Below are positions 41,859 through 52,960 of a stretch of 64,000 nucleotides of DNA, piece after piece. The stretch's first letter is position 1, and each line of letters opens with the position of its first letter. The DNA is from an uncultured Acidobacteriota bacterium (GTDB lineage: Bacteria > Acidobacteriota > Blastocatellia > RBC074), in the NCBI GenBank assembly GCA_963796275.1, contig CAWCKY010000004.1:896001-960000 (forward strand). The letters are read 5' to 3'. The notes below the pieces were generated by a model. The model saw nothing but the letters and a program-made list of their open reading frames with translations, did no database searches and was not told the origin of the DNA. The translations under genes were made by a program, and so were the position numbers.

Positions 41859-42578
41859 ATGGCAATATTGACGCTCGTCCGGCACGGGCAGGCGCGAACA
41901 TTTGAAGACGGCGGAGGTCAACTCACTGCCGTCGGCGAGGAGCAGGCGCGCGCTCTCGCAAGATACTGGATTTCTCAAGGCGAGGTCTTCACTGAGATAT
42001 ACTCCGGCAACCTGGAGCGCCAACGCCGCACCGCAGAAATAGTCGGCCAATGCTACGCCGATGCAGGTCGGGCCTGGCCTCAGCTTCAAATCACCCGCGA
42101 GCTCGATGAGTATGACGGCGGAGGAATTATCGACAAGCTCGTGCCCGCTCTGGCCGAGCGCGATGACAACTTCGTTGAATTGCTCGCGGAATTCGAGCGA
42201 AACAAATATTCGCCCGAACGCAATCGCCATTTTCAGAAGATGTTCGAAGCCGTGACCTCCGTCTGGCGAACCGGCGAACTCCAGGTCGATGGCGTCGAAT
42301 CGTGGTCGTCCTTCTCTTCACGTGCGCGGAACGCATTCAAACGGATTATCAGCGATGCTGGCAGCGGACGCCGTATCGCCGTCTTCACCTCCGGTGGTGT
42401 GATCGGTCTCGCCGTTCAGACCGTCCTCGGCGCTCCCGATCAGATGGCCCTCGAAATAAATTGGCGCGTTCGCAATTGTTCTTTGACCAATCTCATCTTC
42501 AATCGAGAACGCCTATCGTTAGATTATTTCAATGCAACTCCACATTTAAATGAACCTTCATTATTTACTTTCCGTTAA
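41859..42578 (+). CDS. histidine phosphatase family protein
   Basis: LVRHGQA, FTSGG. Confidence 0.9.
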   Translation: MAILTLVRHGQARTFEDGGGQLTAVGEEQARALARYWISQGEVFTEIYSGNLERQRRTAEIVGQCYADAGRAWPQLQITRELDEYDGGGIIDKLVPALAERDDNFVELLAEFERNKYSPERNRHFQKMFEAVTSVWRTGELQVDGVESWSSFSSRARNAFKRIISDAGSGRRIAVFTSGGVIGLAVQTVLGAPDQMALEINWRVRNCSLTNLIFNRERLSLDYFNATPHLNEPSLFTFR

Positions 42579-42650
42579 AAAGGATATGCACTAAACTGAT
42601 AACGCGCGGCACGGGCACATAAACCGGGCAATAAACAATGAGTCAAGTAT

Positions 42651-42950
42651 ATGGTCGCTTCCAACAAATCAAGACACGCAGAATACAAGATAGGTGATGA
42701 AATTTCGTATGTTTTCGGGTCGGGCATCGTATATGGCGATGTCGTGCGGGTTCTCGAAGGCGGGGCAGCAATAGAGATTCAATTTGAGGATGGCCGGCGA
42801 GAGATCAAGAAGACCCGCGATGGCTCGTTGCGTCTTCTGCGCCGGGCCTCCGGTGCAAGCGAGATCGAGGAGGAGCGTTCAGACCGTAATCGCGTGCGCG
42901 ATTATGAAATCGATGCGGTCCGCCGCAGCGATCAGAAAAAGAGGTGGTAG
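42651..42950 (+). CDS. small hypothetical protein (SH3/KOW-like beta pattern)
   Basis: 99-aa ORF filling the intergenic gap. Confidence 0.65.
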   Translation: MVASNKSRHAEYKIGDEISYVFGSGIVYGDVVRVLEGGAAIEIQFEDGRREIKKTRDGSLRLLRRASGASEIEEERSDRNRVRDYEIDAVRRSDQKKRW

Positions 42951-42995
42951 TTCCACATTAGGGGGATAACATATACAGCCATAATAGGAGGTTGA

Positions 42996-43694
42996 ATGAA
43001 AAGGCTTCTCTCCAGCTTTTTTTTCATATCGATGACGATATCTGTGAGCCTTCTGGCCCGGGCTCAAGACGAAAATAACAACGCCAACGCCAATACCAAC
43101 AACAGCGGTAACGTAACCATCGCCGAAGGAACTCTAGCCAAGGTATCTCTCCAGACCAGACTGAGCTCAAAGATCAATGAAGTCGGGGATGAGGTGATCG
43201 GTGTGCTCTACGAGCCGGTGCGCGCGAGCGATGGGCGGATCGCGATCCCTCGCGGCGCCGAATTCGTCGGGCGCGTCACACAGGTTCAGGCCGCGAAAAA
43301 ACCGCAAAAAGAAGCTACCATGACCGTTCTCTTCGAGACGATGCGGATGCCATATGGGATAGAGCAGATCGCCACCACTATCACGGCTATCGACGATTAC
43401 GGCAACGACGAGAAGCTTCGCTCGAAGAATGATGAAGGAAAAGTAGGCGGCGGACACTCCGGCGGACGCACTGCGCGCAATGCCGGCCTCGGTGGCAGTC
43501 TGGGGGCTCTCGGGGGGATCGTTCTGGGTAGAGGCGGCGCCGGGATTGGCGCCATCGCCGGCGCCATCGGAGTAGGCGCAGCCGGCGGCGTTCTGATGAC
43601 CAAAGGCGATGACATCAAACTAGCGCCCGGAACCATATTTCGCATTCGATTCGACCGCGATATCGCATTGCCGTTATCCGAATCGACTCGTTAA
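42996..43694 (+). CDS. exported TrbI/VirB10-like protein with glycine zipper
   Basis: AGGAGG RBS, signal peptide, IAEGTLAKVSL, IPRGA, GxxxG repeats, LAPGT. Confidence 0.75.
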   Translation: MKRLLSSFFFISMTISVSLLARAQDENNNANANTNNSGNVTIAEGTLAKVSLQTRLSSKINEVGDEVIGVLYEPVRASDGRIAIPRGAEFVGRVTQVQAAKKPQKEATMTVLFETMRMPYGIEQIATTITAIDDYGNDEKLRSKNDEGKVGGGHSGGRTARNAGLGGSLGALGGIVLGRGGAGIGAIAGAIGVGAAGGVLMTKGDDIKLAPGTIFRIRFDRDIALPLSESTR

Positions 43695-43754
43695 CCGGGT
43701 TTTGAGTGCCCGCGGTTAACTGCCTTTATCCATTGACCAGCATTATTAGAAGAG

Positions 43755-44642
43755 ATGCGTATGATAAGCTATTACAAGAGTAATACGCTGATTCTTTTCG
43801 TTCTGCTCATAGTGTTCTGGCCTGCCATTGGATTCAGTCAGCAGCAGCAACACGGGCAACCATTGAGTAAGAATGAAAACCCCTTGCTCATCGGCAAGCG
43901 CAACATCAACAAGAATCAGATCAATTTCTACTCGGTGGGAAAGCAGATTGCTCTCGGACATCAACTGGCCCTAGAGTTTGAAAAACAATCCAGGCTCATT
44001 GTTGATGCGGGTCTCAATGTTTATCTTAAAAACCTCGGTCGGAATCTGGCATCTCATTCAGACACCAGGATTCCGGTCACAATCAAGGTCGTTGATTCGG
44101 AAGCTGTGAATGCATTCGCCCTGCCCGGTGGCTTCCTCTATCTCAATCTGGGTCTGATGAGAGAGGTTGAGACGGAGAGTGAATTGGCGGCTGTGATCAG
44201 CCATCTCATCGCTCACGTGGCCGCGCATCACAGTGTAGAGTTGGCTTCCAAAGTTCAGAATCTGGACCGGGCCAAATTGCGACAGGACATTTTCGACGGA
44301 AGTCAAGATAACGAGGTCGATCAAACCGCTCCGCTTGCTCTCATCGCGTTACAGCGCAAAATGGTGGCCGAAGCCGATATGCTTGGCGCGCAATACGCCT
44401 GGGCCTCCGGGTATGATCCGAGCGGTTTGATCAAATTTTATAAAAAAGGCAGTCAGCGAGAGACAGGCACTACTAATTTCAGCACGCATCCACTTACGAC
44501 TGAGCGTATTGCGATCGTGAACGACTTGATCGCTCGATTTCCAGAGCGCGAAGAACACACCATCAATACGCATGAATTCAGTCGAGTGAAGGCGGGTCTG
44601 CCCCTGGAGTCTACGGATAGGCCGAAGTCAAAGCGGCAGTGA
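43755..44642 (+). CDS. M48 family peptidase homolog lacking the catalytic Glu
   Basis: VNAFALPGG, HLIAH in place of HExxH, EAD, STHP. Confidence 0.85.
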   Translation: MRMISYYKSNTLILFVLLIVFWPAIGFSQQQQHGQPLSKNENPLLIGKRNINKNQINFYSVGKQIALGHQLALEFEKQSRLIVDAGLNVYLKNLGRNLASHSDTRIPVTIKVVDSEAVNAFALPGGFLYLNLGLMREVETESELAAVISHLIAHVAAHHSVELASKVQNLDRAKLRQDIFDGSQDNEVDQTAPLALIALQRKMVAEADMLGAQYAWASGYDPSGLIKFYKKGSQRETGTTNFSTHPLTTERIAIVNDLIARFPEREEHTINTHEFSRVKAGLPLESTDRPKSKRQ

Positions 44643-44708
44643 TGGAAGTTCACAGTAATTGATTGAGAATGTGCAAATTAAAGATGGTTATTATCATCAG
44701 CTTCTGAC

Positions 44709-44808
44709 TGGCTCCGGAGGAGCCCGATGGATATTGCATTTGTTGACTCAAGTCTAACATACTCCAGAGGAGCGACATTTGAACATCTTTTGTCGCTCCT
44801 CCGAAGTT
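44709..44808. repeat. REP-like element (same family as 29987)
   Basis: GGCTCCGGAGGAGC..GAGGAGCGACA..TGTCGCTCCTC. Confidence 0.7.
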
Positions 44809-44996
44809 TGCGAGATGGTAGAACGAGTTCTATAAGCATCCCGCGCCACTGGGGCTCAGGACCGATCACATTGATTTCAATGACCTTAATTTGATCGTCT
44901 TTTGACTTTTGAATCGATTTCATCCTTAATCTCCTGCCACAAAGTTGCTTGCGTGGATATTGAATTTAAAGGACCATGCAGGTATCGTTTCACTTT

Positions 44997-46145
44997 ATGC
45001 GAATTGCGCTTGATGCTATCCCATTAGTCGAAGCAAAGACAGGGATCGGGCACTATACCGATGCTCTGGCCGAGTGGCTGGCGCGCGTAAATCAGGACCA
45101 CCAGTACGAACTCCTCTCACCTTTCGACTTCGCCTTCGATGCTCGCAACGGTAAGCCGGAGAATCTGAGCAAACGGTTTTTTCCGGTGCGCTCGATCTTT
45201 CGCAAATGGTGGCTCATCGGTCTACCCACCATGCTTCAGATTTCGCCCGTGGATCTGTTTCATGGAACGAATTACAATATCCCGGTTATTGCTCCGTGTC
45301 CTACGGTAGTGACTATCCACGACATGTCGATATTCGCGCACGCCGAAACGCATGAGTTATTGAACGTCAGGCGAGGCAAACGCCGGATACCGATGATGGC
45401 GCGGCGAGCCTCCATGATCATAGCCCCGAGCGAATGGACGAAACGGGAGATCGTCAGATATCTGGGCACTCGGCCTGAAAAGATCAGAGTGATTTACGAG
45501 GCGTCGAGGGAAAAGATGGAGCCCCTGCCTCTCTCCGCATGTCAGGGCGTCCTTGAAAGGCATAAGATTAGGCGGCCTTACTTGCTCTATGTCGGCACTA
45601 TCGAGCCGCGCAAGAATCTGCTCACTCTCATACGCGCCTATGATGAATTGCTGAAATCATCCAGGCATCGGCCGCAATTGGTTCTTTGCGGCGGGCGGGG
45701 TTGGCTCGACGAAGGCGTTTTCAAATTAGTGGAAGAGCTTCGTTTGCAAGATCAAGTCAGATTCACTGGTTACGTCGAAGATACCGACTTACCCGCGCTC
45801 TATTCAGCGGCGGAGATATTCATTTATCCATCGTTATACGAGGGATTCGGCCTGCCGCCGCTCGAAGCGATGTCTTGTGGCACCCCGGTAGTTACGAGCA
45901 ACTCCTCGAGCCTGCCCGAGGTCGTGGGGAAAGCGGGTATGATGCATGAGCCGCATAATTATCGAGCGCTCGCGGAATGTATCGTCAAGCTTTTCGACGA
46001 TGCCGAGACGCTAGATCATTTCAAAAATGCCGGATTGACACAGGCTTCACAGTTTTCCTGGGAACGCGTCGCTCGCGAAACGCAGGTGGTCTATGACGAA
46101 CTTTGTGAAACACGGAAAATAATTAGTAGCAGGAGAAAAAGATGA
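44997..46145 (+). CDS. glycosyltransferase family 4 (WbaZ/MtfB-like)
   Basis: [27 protein letters not shown]. Confidence 0.93.
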   Translation: MRIALDAIPLVEAKTGIGHYTDALAEWLARVNQDHQYELLSPFDFAFDARNGKPENLSKRFFPVRSIFRKWWLIGLPTMLQISPVDLFHGTNYNIPVIAPCPTVVTIHDMSIFAHAETHELLNVRRGKRRIPMMARRASMIIAPSEWTKREIVRYLGTRPEKIRVIYEASREKMEPLPLSACQGVLERHKIRRPYLLYVGTIEPRKNLLTLIRAYDELLKSSRHRPQLVLCGGRGWLDEGVFKLVEELRLQDQVRFTGYVEDTDLPALYSAAEIFIYPSLYEGFGLPPLEAMSCGTPVVTSNSSSLPEVVGKAGMMHEPHNYRALAECIVKLFDDAETLDHFKNAGLTQASQFSWERVARETQVVYDELCETRKIISSRRKR

Positions 46146-47413
46146 GCGTAATCGCGAATCTCGTACACAGACTACGCTTAATCATAAATGGACGAATCGA
46201 AGAGCGCATCAATTTCCGTGCGGATGTTTATGAAAGGGCCGTCGACACGCGCATAGATGAAAGGCTCGAGCGTCATGAAAATTTGATTCGACAGATGTCG
46301 GTCGATATCGTCGAACGCAATGACATCATGTTGCAGCTTTTCGAAGAGCGTCTGGACAAACAGCGGCGGGAAATCCGTGCAATTCGGCAAATGATGGATC
46401 TCGCTACGAATTCGGGACCAGTTGTTGAGCCAAATGCCGGCGGCGATCAGGGACGGGAGAATCTCGCGAACAATGGCGCCTCGACTCAACAAACCGTCGC
46501 CCATCAGAGACTGACCGACATTACGAAACAGGTTCGATCGAAATCTGCGCTCTCGGATGACGTCGTGCTTTATCACAAAATCCTCGACTGGAAAAAGGTC
46601 GCCCATGATGGGATCGATCAGTTCCCTCCCGATGAACAGGAGGTGGTCGATTACATTTTGAGTTTTACCGACGATCCGAAAGACATCGAATACCTCAAAA
46701 CACACATGCGGCGCCTCATCTCGACGCTCAATCGTATCCCGCCTGCGCAGAGCAGCGTCGATCGGTTGCTCGAACTCGGCAGCCGTTCGGCTATCGCGCC
46801 TGCGATCAGAAAATACTCCGGCTACAATGAAGTTTTGGGCGCCGATGTCTGGGACTCTGACGAAAAAGTCGCCCGGAGGACAGTGGAGCAGAAATCCGGC
46901 AGTGACAGTTATACTTTCGAGGTTCGCAACTTCAACGTCGAACGCGATCCGTTTCCCTTTCCCGATAACTATTTCCGGGTCGTACTCTGTTGCGAACTGA
47001 TCGAGCACCTGAGGAGTGACCCGATGCATATGCTGTGGGAGAGCAACCGGGTGCTGGCGGATGGCGGTTATCTGATCTTGACCACTCCGAATATCACGAG
47101 CGCGCGCGCAATCGAAGCGGTACTGGTCGGCTGCGTACCTTACCTCTATCCGCAATACAATGTTAAAGAAGCCATGGACCAGCACTACCGTGAATACGCG
47201 CCACGCGAGGTCAGCGAAGCGCTCACCGCCGCAGGTTTCACGGTCGAAGCGCTCGAGACACAAGATGTGTGGCTGAGGTCGAATCCGGCCATTATTGACC
47301 TGCTCGCAGAGCTCTTGATTTCTACCGAATTACGCGGTGACAATATCTTCGCGCTGGCTCGCAAAACCGGCGCTCCGGTTGAACGCTATCCAGCATATCT
47401 CTACGTTCAATGA
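46142..47413 (+). CDS. coiled-coil + class I SAM methyltransferase
   Basis: LLELGS, CELIEHL, LTTPN; ATGA overlap with the GT4 gene. Confidence 0.85.
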   Translation: MSVIANLVHRLRLIINGRIEERINFRADVYERAVDTRIDERLERHENLIRQMSVDIVERNDIMLQLFEERLDKQRREIRAIRQMMDLATNSGPVVEPNAGGDQGRENLANNGASTQQTVAHQRLTDITKQVRSKSALSDDVVLYHKILDWKKVAHDGIDQFPPDEQEVVDYILSFTDDPKDIEYLKTHMRRLISTLNRIPPAQSSVDRLLELGSRSAIAPAIRKYSGYNEVLGADVWDSDEKVARRTVEQKSGSDSYTFEVRNFNVERDPFPFPDNYFRVVLCCELIEHLRSDPMHMLWESNRVLADGGYLILTTPNITSARAIEAVLVGCVPYLYPQYNVKEAMDQHYREYAPREVSEALTAAGFTVEALETQDVWLRSNPAIIDLLAELLISTELRGDNIFALARKTGAPVERYPAYLYVQ

Positions 47414-47441
47414 GGCCGAAGTATGGCAGGGACTGGATTGA

Positions 47442-48413
47442 ATGCCTCCTACCTTTTCACTCATCGTTCCACCCGAACACGCAGGCGAGCGGATCGATGC
47501 GTATCTCGCTTCGCAAATCAAACATGTGAGCCGGTCGCAAATCCGTCGCGCTATCGAGAGTGGCGGCATCACCGTCGATCACCGCGCGGTCAAGCCCAGC
47601 TATAGCGTTCATCCGGGAGACGAGATTCACGTCGATCTGCCCGATTCCGCTCCGCTTGAAGCTGCTCCTGAGCCGATCCCGCTCGCGATAGTTTACGAAG
47701 ACGAAGAGATCATCGTCATCAATAAACCCGCGGGGATGGTCACGCATCCGGGCGCGGGCGTAACGTCGGGCACCCTGGCGAACGCGCTGGTCCATCACTT
47801 CGCTCAGATCGCACACCAGCCGCCGAGAAGAGGGGGCGCTTCACGACCCGGCATCGTACACCGCCTCGATGTCGGCACATCGGGTCTGATCGTGGTCGCG
47901 AAGACCGACCGTGCGCATCTATGCCTGGCCGAACAGTTCGAATCGCGCACAGTGCTCAAAAGTTACCAGGCTCTGGTTTTTGGGAACGTCAAAGAGAATG
48001 AGGGAGTGATCGATCTCCCGATCGGCCGCGATCCGCGCAGCCGCGTGAAGATGGCAATACGGACTGAGGGTGATGGAAGACCGGCATTGACTATCTACCG
48101 TGTCGTCGAGAGGTTTGACGAATTCACTCTGCTCGATGTTGAGATCAAGACGGGCAGGACGCATCAGATCCGCGTCCATCTTGCTCACATCAAACACCCG
48201 GTCGCGGGTGACAGCACTTACAGCGGCGGACGAGCCCAGACGATTAAAGACTCTCGGGTCCGTGCCGTCATCGCCAAACTGGGCCGTACATTCCTGCACG
48301 CGGCTCGTTTGACTATAGTGCACCCCATGAAAAACGAGGTGATCAATTTCAATACCCCGCTACCGAACGATCTCCAATCTCTTCTGAAGATCCTGAGAAA
48401 AGAAAGTTTTTAG
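47442..48413 (+). CDS. rluD: RluA-family pseudouridine synthase with S4 domain
   Basis: NKPAGMVTHP, GIVHRLD, TGRTHQIRVH. Confidence 0.92.
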   Translation: MPPTFSLIVPPEHAGERIDAYLASQIKHVSRSQIRRAIESGGITVDHRAVKPSYSVHPGDEIHVDLPDSAPLEAAPEPIPLAIVYEDEEIIVINKPAGMVTHPGAGVTSGTLANALVHHFAQIAHQPPRRGGASRPGIVHRLDVGTSGLIVVAKTDRAHLCLAEQFESRTVLKSYQALVFGNVKENEGVIDLPIGRDPRSRVKMAIRTEGDGRPALTIYRVVERFDEFTLLDVEIKTGRTHQIRVHLAHIKHPVAGDSTYSGGRAQTIKDSRVRAVIAKLGRTFLHAARLTIVHPMKNEVINFNTPLPNDLQSLLKILRKESF

Positions 48414-48496
48414 TTTTTAGTTTTTAGTTCGTATATACTGTTTCAACGATTTATACGAATTCTCAATTCTCAATTCTCAATTCTCATTATCAATTA
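48407..48496. repeat. two heptamer arrays at a convergent gene junction
   Basis: (GTTTTTA)x3 and (AATTCTC)x4. Confidence 0.85.
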
Positions 48497-48970
48497 TTTA
48501 TTTCTGATCTTTCTTTCAATCTCGATCTCATCCGGCATAGGAGGCGAAGAGATCAAGCCGCCTTTGATCTGCGGTGCGATCTCGACTCGGCCCAATAAAA
48601 TATTGCGTATTCTCTTCGGTAAAATATAGCGAGCCGCCCTGTCGATATTACTTACGGTTGCTGCGAGATCGCCTCGTCCATCCCAGTGTTCTCTTAGAAC
48701 CGAGTCGTTGGTCCGGGTCAACAGCCGGAGCACGACCAGAGCAATCAAGTAGAGATCATCGACCTGACCGACAAACGGAACGAGGTCGGGAATGAGATCG
48801 AGCGGCGATAGGACGTAAGCGATAACGCCTATCAGCAATGCTTTTTCAGCAAGCGGCACGCGCGAGTCTTTGAACAGGCGGAAAAGCAGCTTGAGAAAAT
48901 TGGGGATCAGCATCAACGCGCTTCTCAGAAATCCGCGCGCCTCTTTGCGTTCTTTCGTGTGTCGTGTCAT
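48494..48970 (-). CDS. YkvA/DUF1232 family protein
   Basis: YVLSPLDLIPDLVPFVGQVDD. Confidence 0.9.
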   Translation of the reverse strand: MTRHTKERKEARGFLRSALMLIPNFLKLLFRLFKDSRVPLAEKALLIGVIAYVLSPLDLIPDLVPFVGQVDDLYLIALVVLRLLTRTNDSVLREHWDGRGDLAATVSNIDRAARYILPKRIRNILLGRVEIAPQIKGGLISSPPMPDEIEIERKIRNK

Positions 48971-49050
48971 TCCGGTATTCCCTTCCTTTCTCATTGCTAA
49001 TCGTAGAATAATGCATAACCATGGAATAGGTTAGCATATTTATTTTTTTT

Positions 49051-49374
49051 ATGGATCAAGAGCATTCTTCCATCGACGCATTTCCCGTATCGATAGAATT
49101 GACCGACGACGATTCGGTTTTGCAGATCGTCTGGGATGATGGGCAGACGAGCCGGCACCGGCTCGACATACTTCGCGCAGCATGCCGCTGCGCCGTCTGT
49201 CAGGGCCATCATCCTTCGCAGAGCCTCAATCTGAAAGCCGGAGATTTCCCGGGAATTCGCATGACGGACATTGGACCGGTTGGCCGCTACGCTTACCACA
49301 TCGTATGGAGCGACGGGCATGACACCGGTATTTATACGTTAAAGCTGCTGCGTGAATTGGAAAACTCGGCCTGA
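49051..49374 (+). CDS. DUF971 (GBBH-like N-terminal) Fe-S/metal-binding protein
   Basis: LRAACRCAVC, VGRYA, WSDGHDTGIYT. Confidence 0.9.
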   Translation: MDQEHSSIDAFPVSIELTDDDSVLQIVWDDGQTSRHRLDILRAACRCAVCQGHHPSQSLNLKAGDFPGIRMTDIGPVGRYAYHIVWSDGHDTGIYTLKLLRELENSA

Positions 49375-50186
49375 TATTTCGTCTGCGCGCGATAACGCGC
49401 GAGCAGTTCTTCTAGAAAGCCCTCATAGTTGAAATCAGCGGGATCGTAATATGGGCGAATCTTCTCGAGGAGCGGGACGGCTATTCGCCATGCCGACCAT
49501 GAGCGCGGATGCTCCGGGATGTCATATCGCCTGCGAAGAAAGGCCTCGACAGCGATTATCTCCGACGGTAAAACTACGCGCACGTCACCGCGAAAATCGA
49601 CGGCGGGGGCGACCCTTCTCATCGCAGTGTCGATCACCGCGCTATCAAATACGTCATCGAACGAGGGCGCTTCTGCGGCGCGTTCTTTGATCACAACCGT
49701 ATACGCCACAAAGTCGCCCAGGCGTTTGGCGCGCTCGCTCCCGAAGACCGAGATAATGCCGACTGAATAGAATGGCGGCGGGATCGTATCAGCCACCCGG
49801 ATCAGATTTCGCGTTAATGATGAAAAGAAAGTTATCGGCCGGCCATCTTCCTGAATCACGCGCAGTTTCATCCAACGTTTGCCCGGCGTCTGCCCGCTCC
49901 AGAGAGTTTCAAAAATGACGAAATAACCGAAGATGATCAGAAATACAATGATCAAGGCAATGGCCATCACCCAGAGACTGCCTTCACCTTTGTCCCCCAT
50001 CAGAGTCCCGCCAAACACTCTTACGGCCTCACTCATGTTGTAGGCGATGATCCACGTTAGAAAAAGTGCGACGACCTGTATCGCGTGATCGATCGCGCAA
50101 GCCAGAAAACGATTGCCGATCGTCGCAAGGGCGAATTGCAACTCGATATGTTCGGGAGTTTCGACGGTAAGTATTTCGTCGGCCAT
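49332..50186 (-). CDS. RDD family membrane protein
   Basis: ETPEHI, RFLACAID, GQTPGKR, RLGD. Confidence 0.9.
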   Translation of the reverse strand: MADEILTVETPEHIELQFALATIGNRFLACAIDHAIQVVALFLTWIIAYNMSEAVRVFGGTLMGDKGEGSLWVMAIALIIVFLIIFGYFVIFETLWSGQTPGKRWMKLRVIQEDGRPITFFSSLTRNLIRVADTIPPPFYSVGIISVFGSERAKRLGDFVAYTVVIKERAAEAPSFDDVFDSAVIDTAMRRVAPAVDFRGDVRVVLPSEIIAVEAFLRRRYDIPEHPRSWSAWRIAVPLLEKIRPYYDPADFNYEGFLEELLARYRAQTKYQAEFSNSRSSFNV

Positions 50187-50249
50187 GCGCGCATTTTAGA
50201 TGATGCGGAGAATTCGCAACAAACGAAAAGTTCAATATTTTCGTTCGCT

Positions 50250-50831
50250 TCATTTTTTCCGGTTGTTTCGTATTCTCTCGTCTCTTTCGAGCTCCAGTTT
50301 GGGAATTCCGAATTGACCTTCAAGCTGGCTGAGTTTTTCTAGGTCTATCGGCCCGACAATATTGACTACGGTCAATTCCTTCGGCTCGGCAGCGATGATC
50401 GCCAACCCCAGCACGTTGTCGCCCTGGTATTTGATGTGTACTTCGACATTCTCGCCATCCCGCTTGCTCCGCACCCCGACGATCTTCGTCCAGCCCGGCG
50501 CCTGCAACTGCGAACGCAATCCCTCGACATCAGCTTGCGAGTACTCACCGGGATTATCGAATTCAAAAACCCTGACATAAACCCCTTTCAGTCCGGAAAC
50601 AAGTTCCTTGACCTTTGCTTCGTCAGGGTCTTCTTGCTTGAGAAACTTGGCTGCAATTCGCAAAAGCCTTTCATCTAGCGAGACCTCTATGGTTTGAGCC
50701 GCTTTCGAAGCGAGCCCGTCGATCCGGCCGATCTCGAGCCGGGCATCCTGCGCGATCGCTACGACTGCGCAAGCGACCGCAAGCAAGATCAGCAGGGCCG
50801 ATCTCGCCATCGCCGGGACTATCAATTTCAT
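50250..50831 (-). CDS. DUF4252 family exported protein
   Basis: signal peptide, LKGVYVRVFEF, VNIVGPIDLEKL. Confidence 0.8.
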   Translation of the reverse strand: MKLIVPAMARSALLILLAVACAVVAIAQDARLEIGRIDGLASKAAQTIEVSLDERLLRIAAKFLKQEDPDEAKVKELVSGLKGVYVRVFEFDNPGEYSQADVEGLRSQLQAPGWTKIVGVRSKRDGENVEVHIKYQGDNVLGLAIIAAEPKELTVVNIVGPIDLEKLSQLEGQFGIPKLELERDERIRNNRKK

Positions 50832-50925
50832 AAACTTCTCTCTCTCTCTACTTATCTTTAATTTATGCTGCGCGATTTATATGCTTGGGGTATTCAACCC
50901 GAAGCTCCTAATGCGCACATATTTT

Positions 50926-51066
50926 TTAGCCAGTGGTGAAGCGGGCGGAGACCCGGTCTGGATCGCCAATCCCGACTAAATAACTTTGATAGTGGACTAT
51001 CAGACCCCTACCATGGGCTGCGCTTCGCTCCCCCTGGCTATTATCTGGTGTCCTTTCAGGGCTTCA
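50926..51066. repeat. REP-like element
   Basis: TAGCCAGTGG..CCCCTGGCTA..CCTTTCAGGGCT. Confidence 0.5.
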
Positions 51067-51127
51067 AAAGGACTTTTAAATCGCACTTACATCGCATCTC
51101 AAATTCAGATCGAACATCACAAAATTC

Positions 51128-52795
51128 CTACCTGTCGTAATAACCCCGCCGCGTCCTCGCCACCGCCCCATCGCGCTTCAATTTAACGGAAACCTTACGG
51201 AATTCACCATTATGTTTCAGCTTGTCGGGAGAATACGCGAGGCTGTAGAGCGTATGCAGCTCAGCGGCCACACGCCTGTATGCATCTTCCAGGTCATCCT
51301 CGCGCTGCGCGCTGAATATCTCGCCGCCCGTCTGTGCGGCCAGATCACTGAGCTGCCGTCGCGCAATCCTGCTCTTGTCATTGCCCATCAGCTCGCCGCC
51401 GCCGAACAAAAGACCCAGCTTGTCATAATGATTGGCCGGACTGAAATAGATCGGATAGACCGTGGCGTCTTCCTCGGATGCCCGTTCGAGCAGCTGTTCG
51501 AACGTATGATCAGTCGGGTCCGAACTCTCCAGCGAATCGTCTTCGCCATCTGTCAGAACGATGATGGCTTTGCGGGCGTCGCTCAGTTGATCCAGTTGAT
51601 CGAGAGCCTTCCACATAGAATCGTAAAATGCCGTATCGCCCGAAATGTCCTTCATCTCTTTCAAGACGCTTTTGAGCTTCGTCTTGTCATTCGTGAGTTC
51701 CGTGAGGGGACGGTACTGGCGAGTGAATGCAACGATTGCGATATTGTCCTGCGCCGGAAGCGCATCGATGAATCGAGATGCCGCCTCCTGCATCGCTTTG
51801 CGCTTGTTCTTCGTGCTGCCGCTCAAATCCAGGAGCATGATCATATTAACCGGAGCATTTACCGGTCTGAAGTGAGTGATCTCCATCTTCGACCCGTCTT
51901 CGTATACGGCGAAGTCGTCCGGCTTGAGATCGATCAGCGGTTGACCGCCGCGATCAATCGCCTTCACATTTAGATTGACAAGTCGCGTTTCAATGCGAAT
52001 CGCGCTCTTTTCCGGCATTTCGGGTCTGACCTCGACCGGCTGACCCGCCCTCTCAATTTCCCCCGGCGATGGGGGAATTTTTTCGTCTCTGGCTGAGACG
52101 CTCAACCTGGGTGGTTCTTTCGGCTGGGTCCCCTCGGAAGGAGCGGTATCTTGTGAAGGGTCAGCGGATGCTTGGGCGCCGCTCGCCATGGTCGAATCGG
52201 CGGTTGAGCGGTTCGCAACCTTGTTGTTATTACTATTGCTCCCGTTGCTCCCGTTGCCCCCGTTGCCCCCGCGAATCGATTTGCCGAGCGAGACGCCCAT
52301 GATTTTCGGATTCTCCAAAAACCTGACTGCCGCGTCGGGGTTGAATTTGACCTCGAGAATGACGGCTTCGCGCTCTTCCAGGGCGAGGAGGGCGAATTGA
52401 ACGTCCTTACCGGTGCATCTGGTATAGATCAATACATAGTTATGGCCGCCCCGCTTCGACATCACGCGAACCAGCGGCTGCCAATCTTTACCATAAGCAT
52501 TGCGCATGACGACTTCGAAAGGTTCGGAGCCTTCGCTCGGTGCGAAATATTGATTCTCAAAGACGGCCAGTTTGAAGCCCTTCACGCCCGCCGGCCGAAT
52601 AAGTTTGACGGCAAAGTTAGCCAGGCCGAGCATCGGGATGCGCGTCTTTCGAGCGCGATAATTTCTCTCGAAATGTTTGACCACGTCCTTGAATCCTTTG
52701 CCTTTCGCCTGCGCATTGGCTGCCAGGGCGGGCAGAAGAGAGATAATGATCCAGAATAAGATCGTCTTCCGTGCGAAAATGCGCTGGTTCTTCAT
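51128..52795 (-). CDS. exported VWA domain protein with extra N-terminal domain
   Basis: DLSGS MIDAS, TAFYDS, LTDGED, TGG, YSLAYSP, RTRRGYY. Confidence 0.88.
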   Translation of the reverse strand: MKNQRIFARKTILFWIIISLLPALAANAQAKGKGFKDVVKHFERNYRARKTRIPMLGLANFAVKLIRPAGVKGFKLAVFENQYFAPSEGSEPFEVVMRNAYGKDWQPLVRVMSKRGGHNYVLIYTRCTGKDVQFALLALEEREAVILEVKFNPDAAVRFLENPKIMGVSLGKSIRGGNGGNGSNGSNSNNNKVANRSTADSTMASGAQASADPSQDTAPSEGTQPKEPPRLSVSARDEKIPPSPGEIERAGQPVEVRPEMPEKSAIRIETRLVNLNVKAIDRGGQPLIDLKPDDFAVYEDGSKMEITHFRPVNAPVNMIMLLDLSGSTKNKRKAMQEAASRFIDALPAQDNIAIVAFTRQYRPLTELTNDKTKLKSVLKEMKDISGDTAFYDSMWKALDQLDQLSDARKAIIVLTDGEDDSLESSDPTDHTFEQLLERASEEDATVYPIYFSPANHYDKLGLLFGGGELMGNDKSRIARRQLSDLAAQTGGEIFSAQREDDLEDAYRRVAAELHTLYSLAYSPDKLKHNGEFRKVSVKLKRDGAVARTRRGYYDR

Positions 52796-52811
52796 GTCAC
52801 TCTACCTCCAG

Positions 52812-52923
52812 GAGTCCCGTTTGGAGTTCCGCGTTTATGCGGTCTTTCTTTTCCGCACATGATTTTCTGACCGCCTGAAGGCGGAACGCCAAACGCGGAA
52901 CGCCAAATGGGAACTCCAAACGC
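52812..52923. repeat. REP-like palindrome
   Basis: GTTTGGAGTTCCGC..CCGCCTGAAGGCGG..GGAAC(G/T)CCAAA x3. Confidence 0.7.
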
Positions 52924-52960
52924 GTTTTTCAAGATAAAGCTGAAAAATCTCTATCGAATC

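Noticed and set aside
44678-44923. 81-aa ORF
   Set aside because: Runs through a REP-like palindrome and has no recognisable motif
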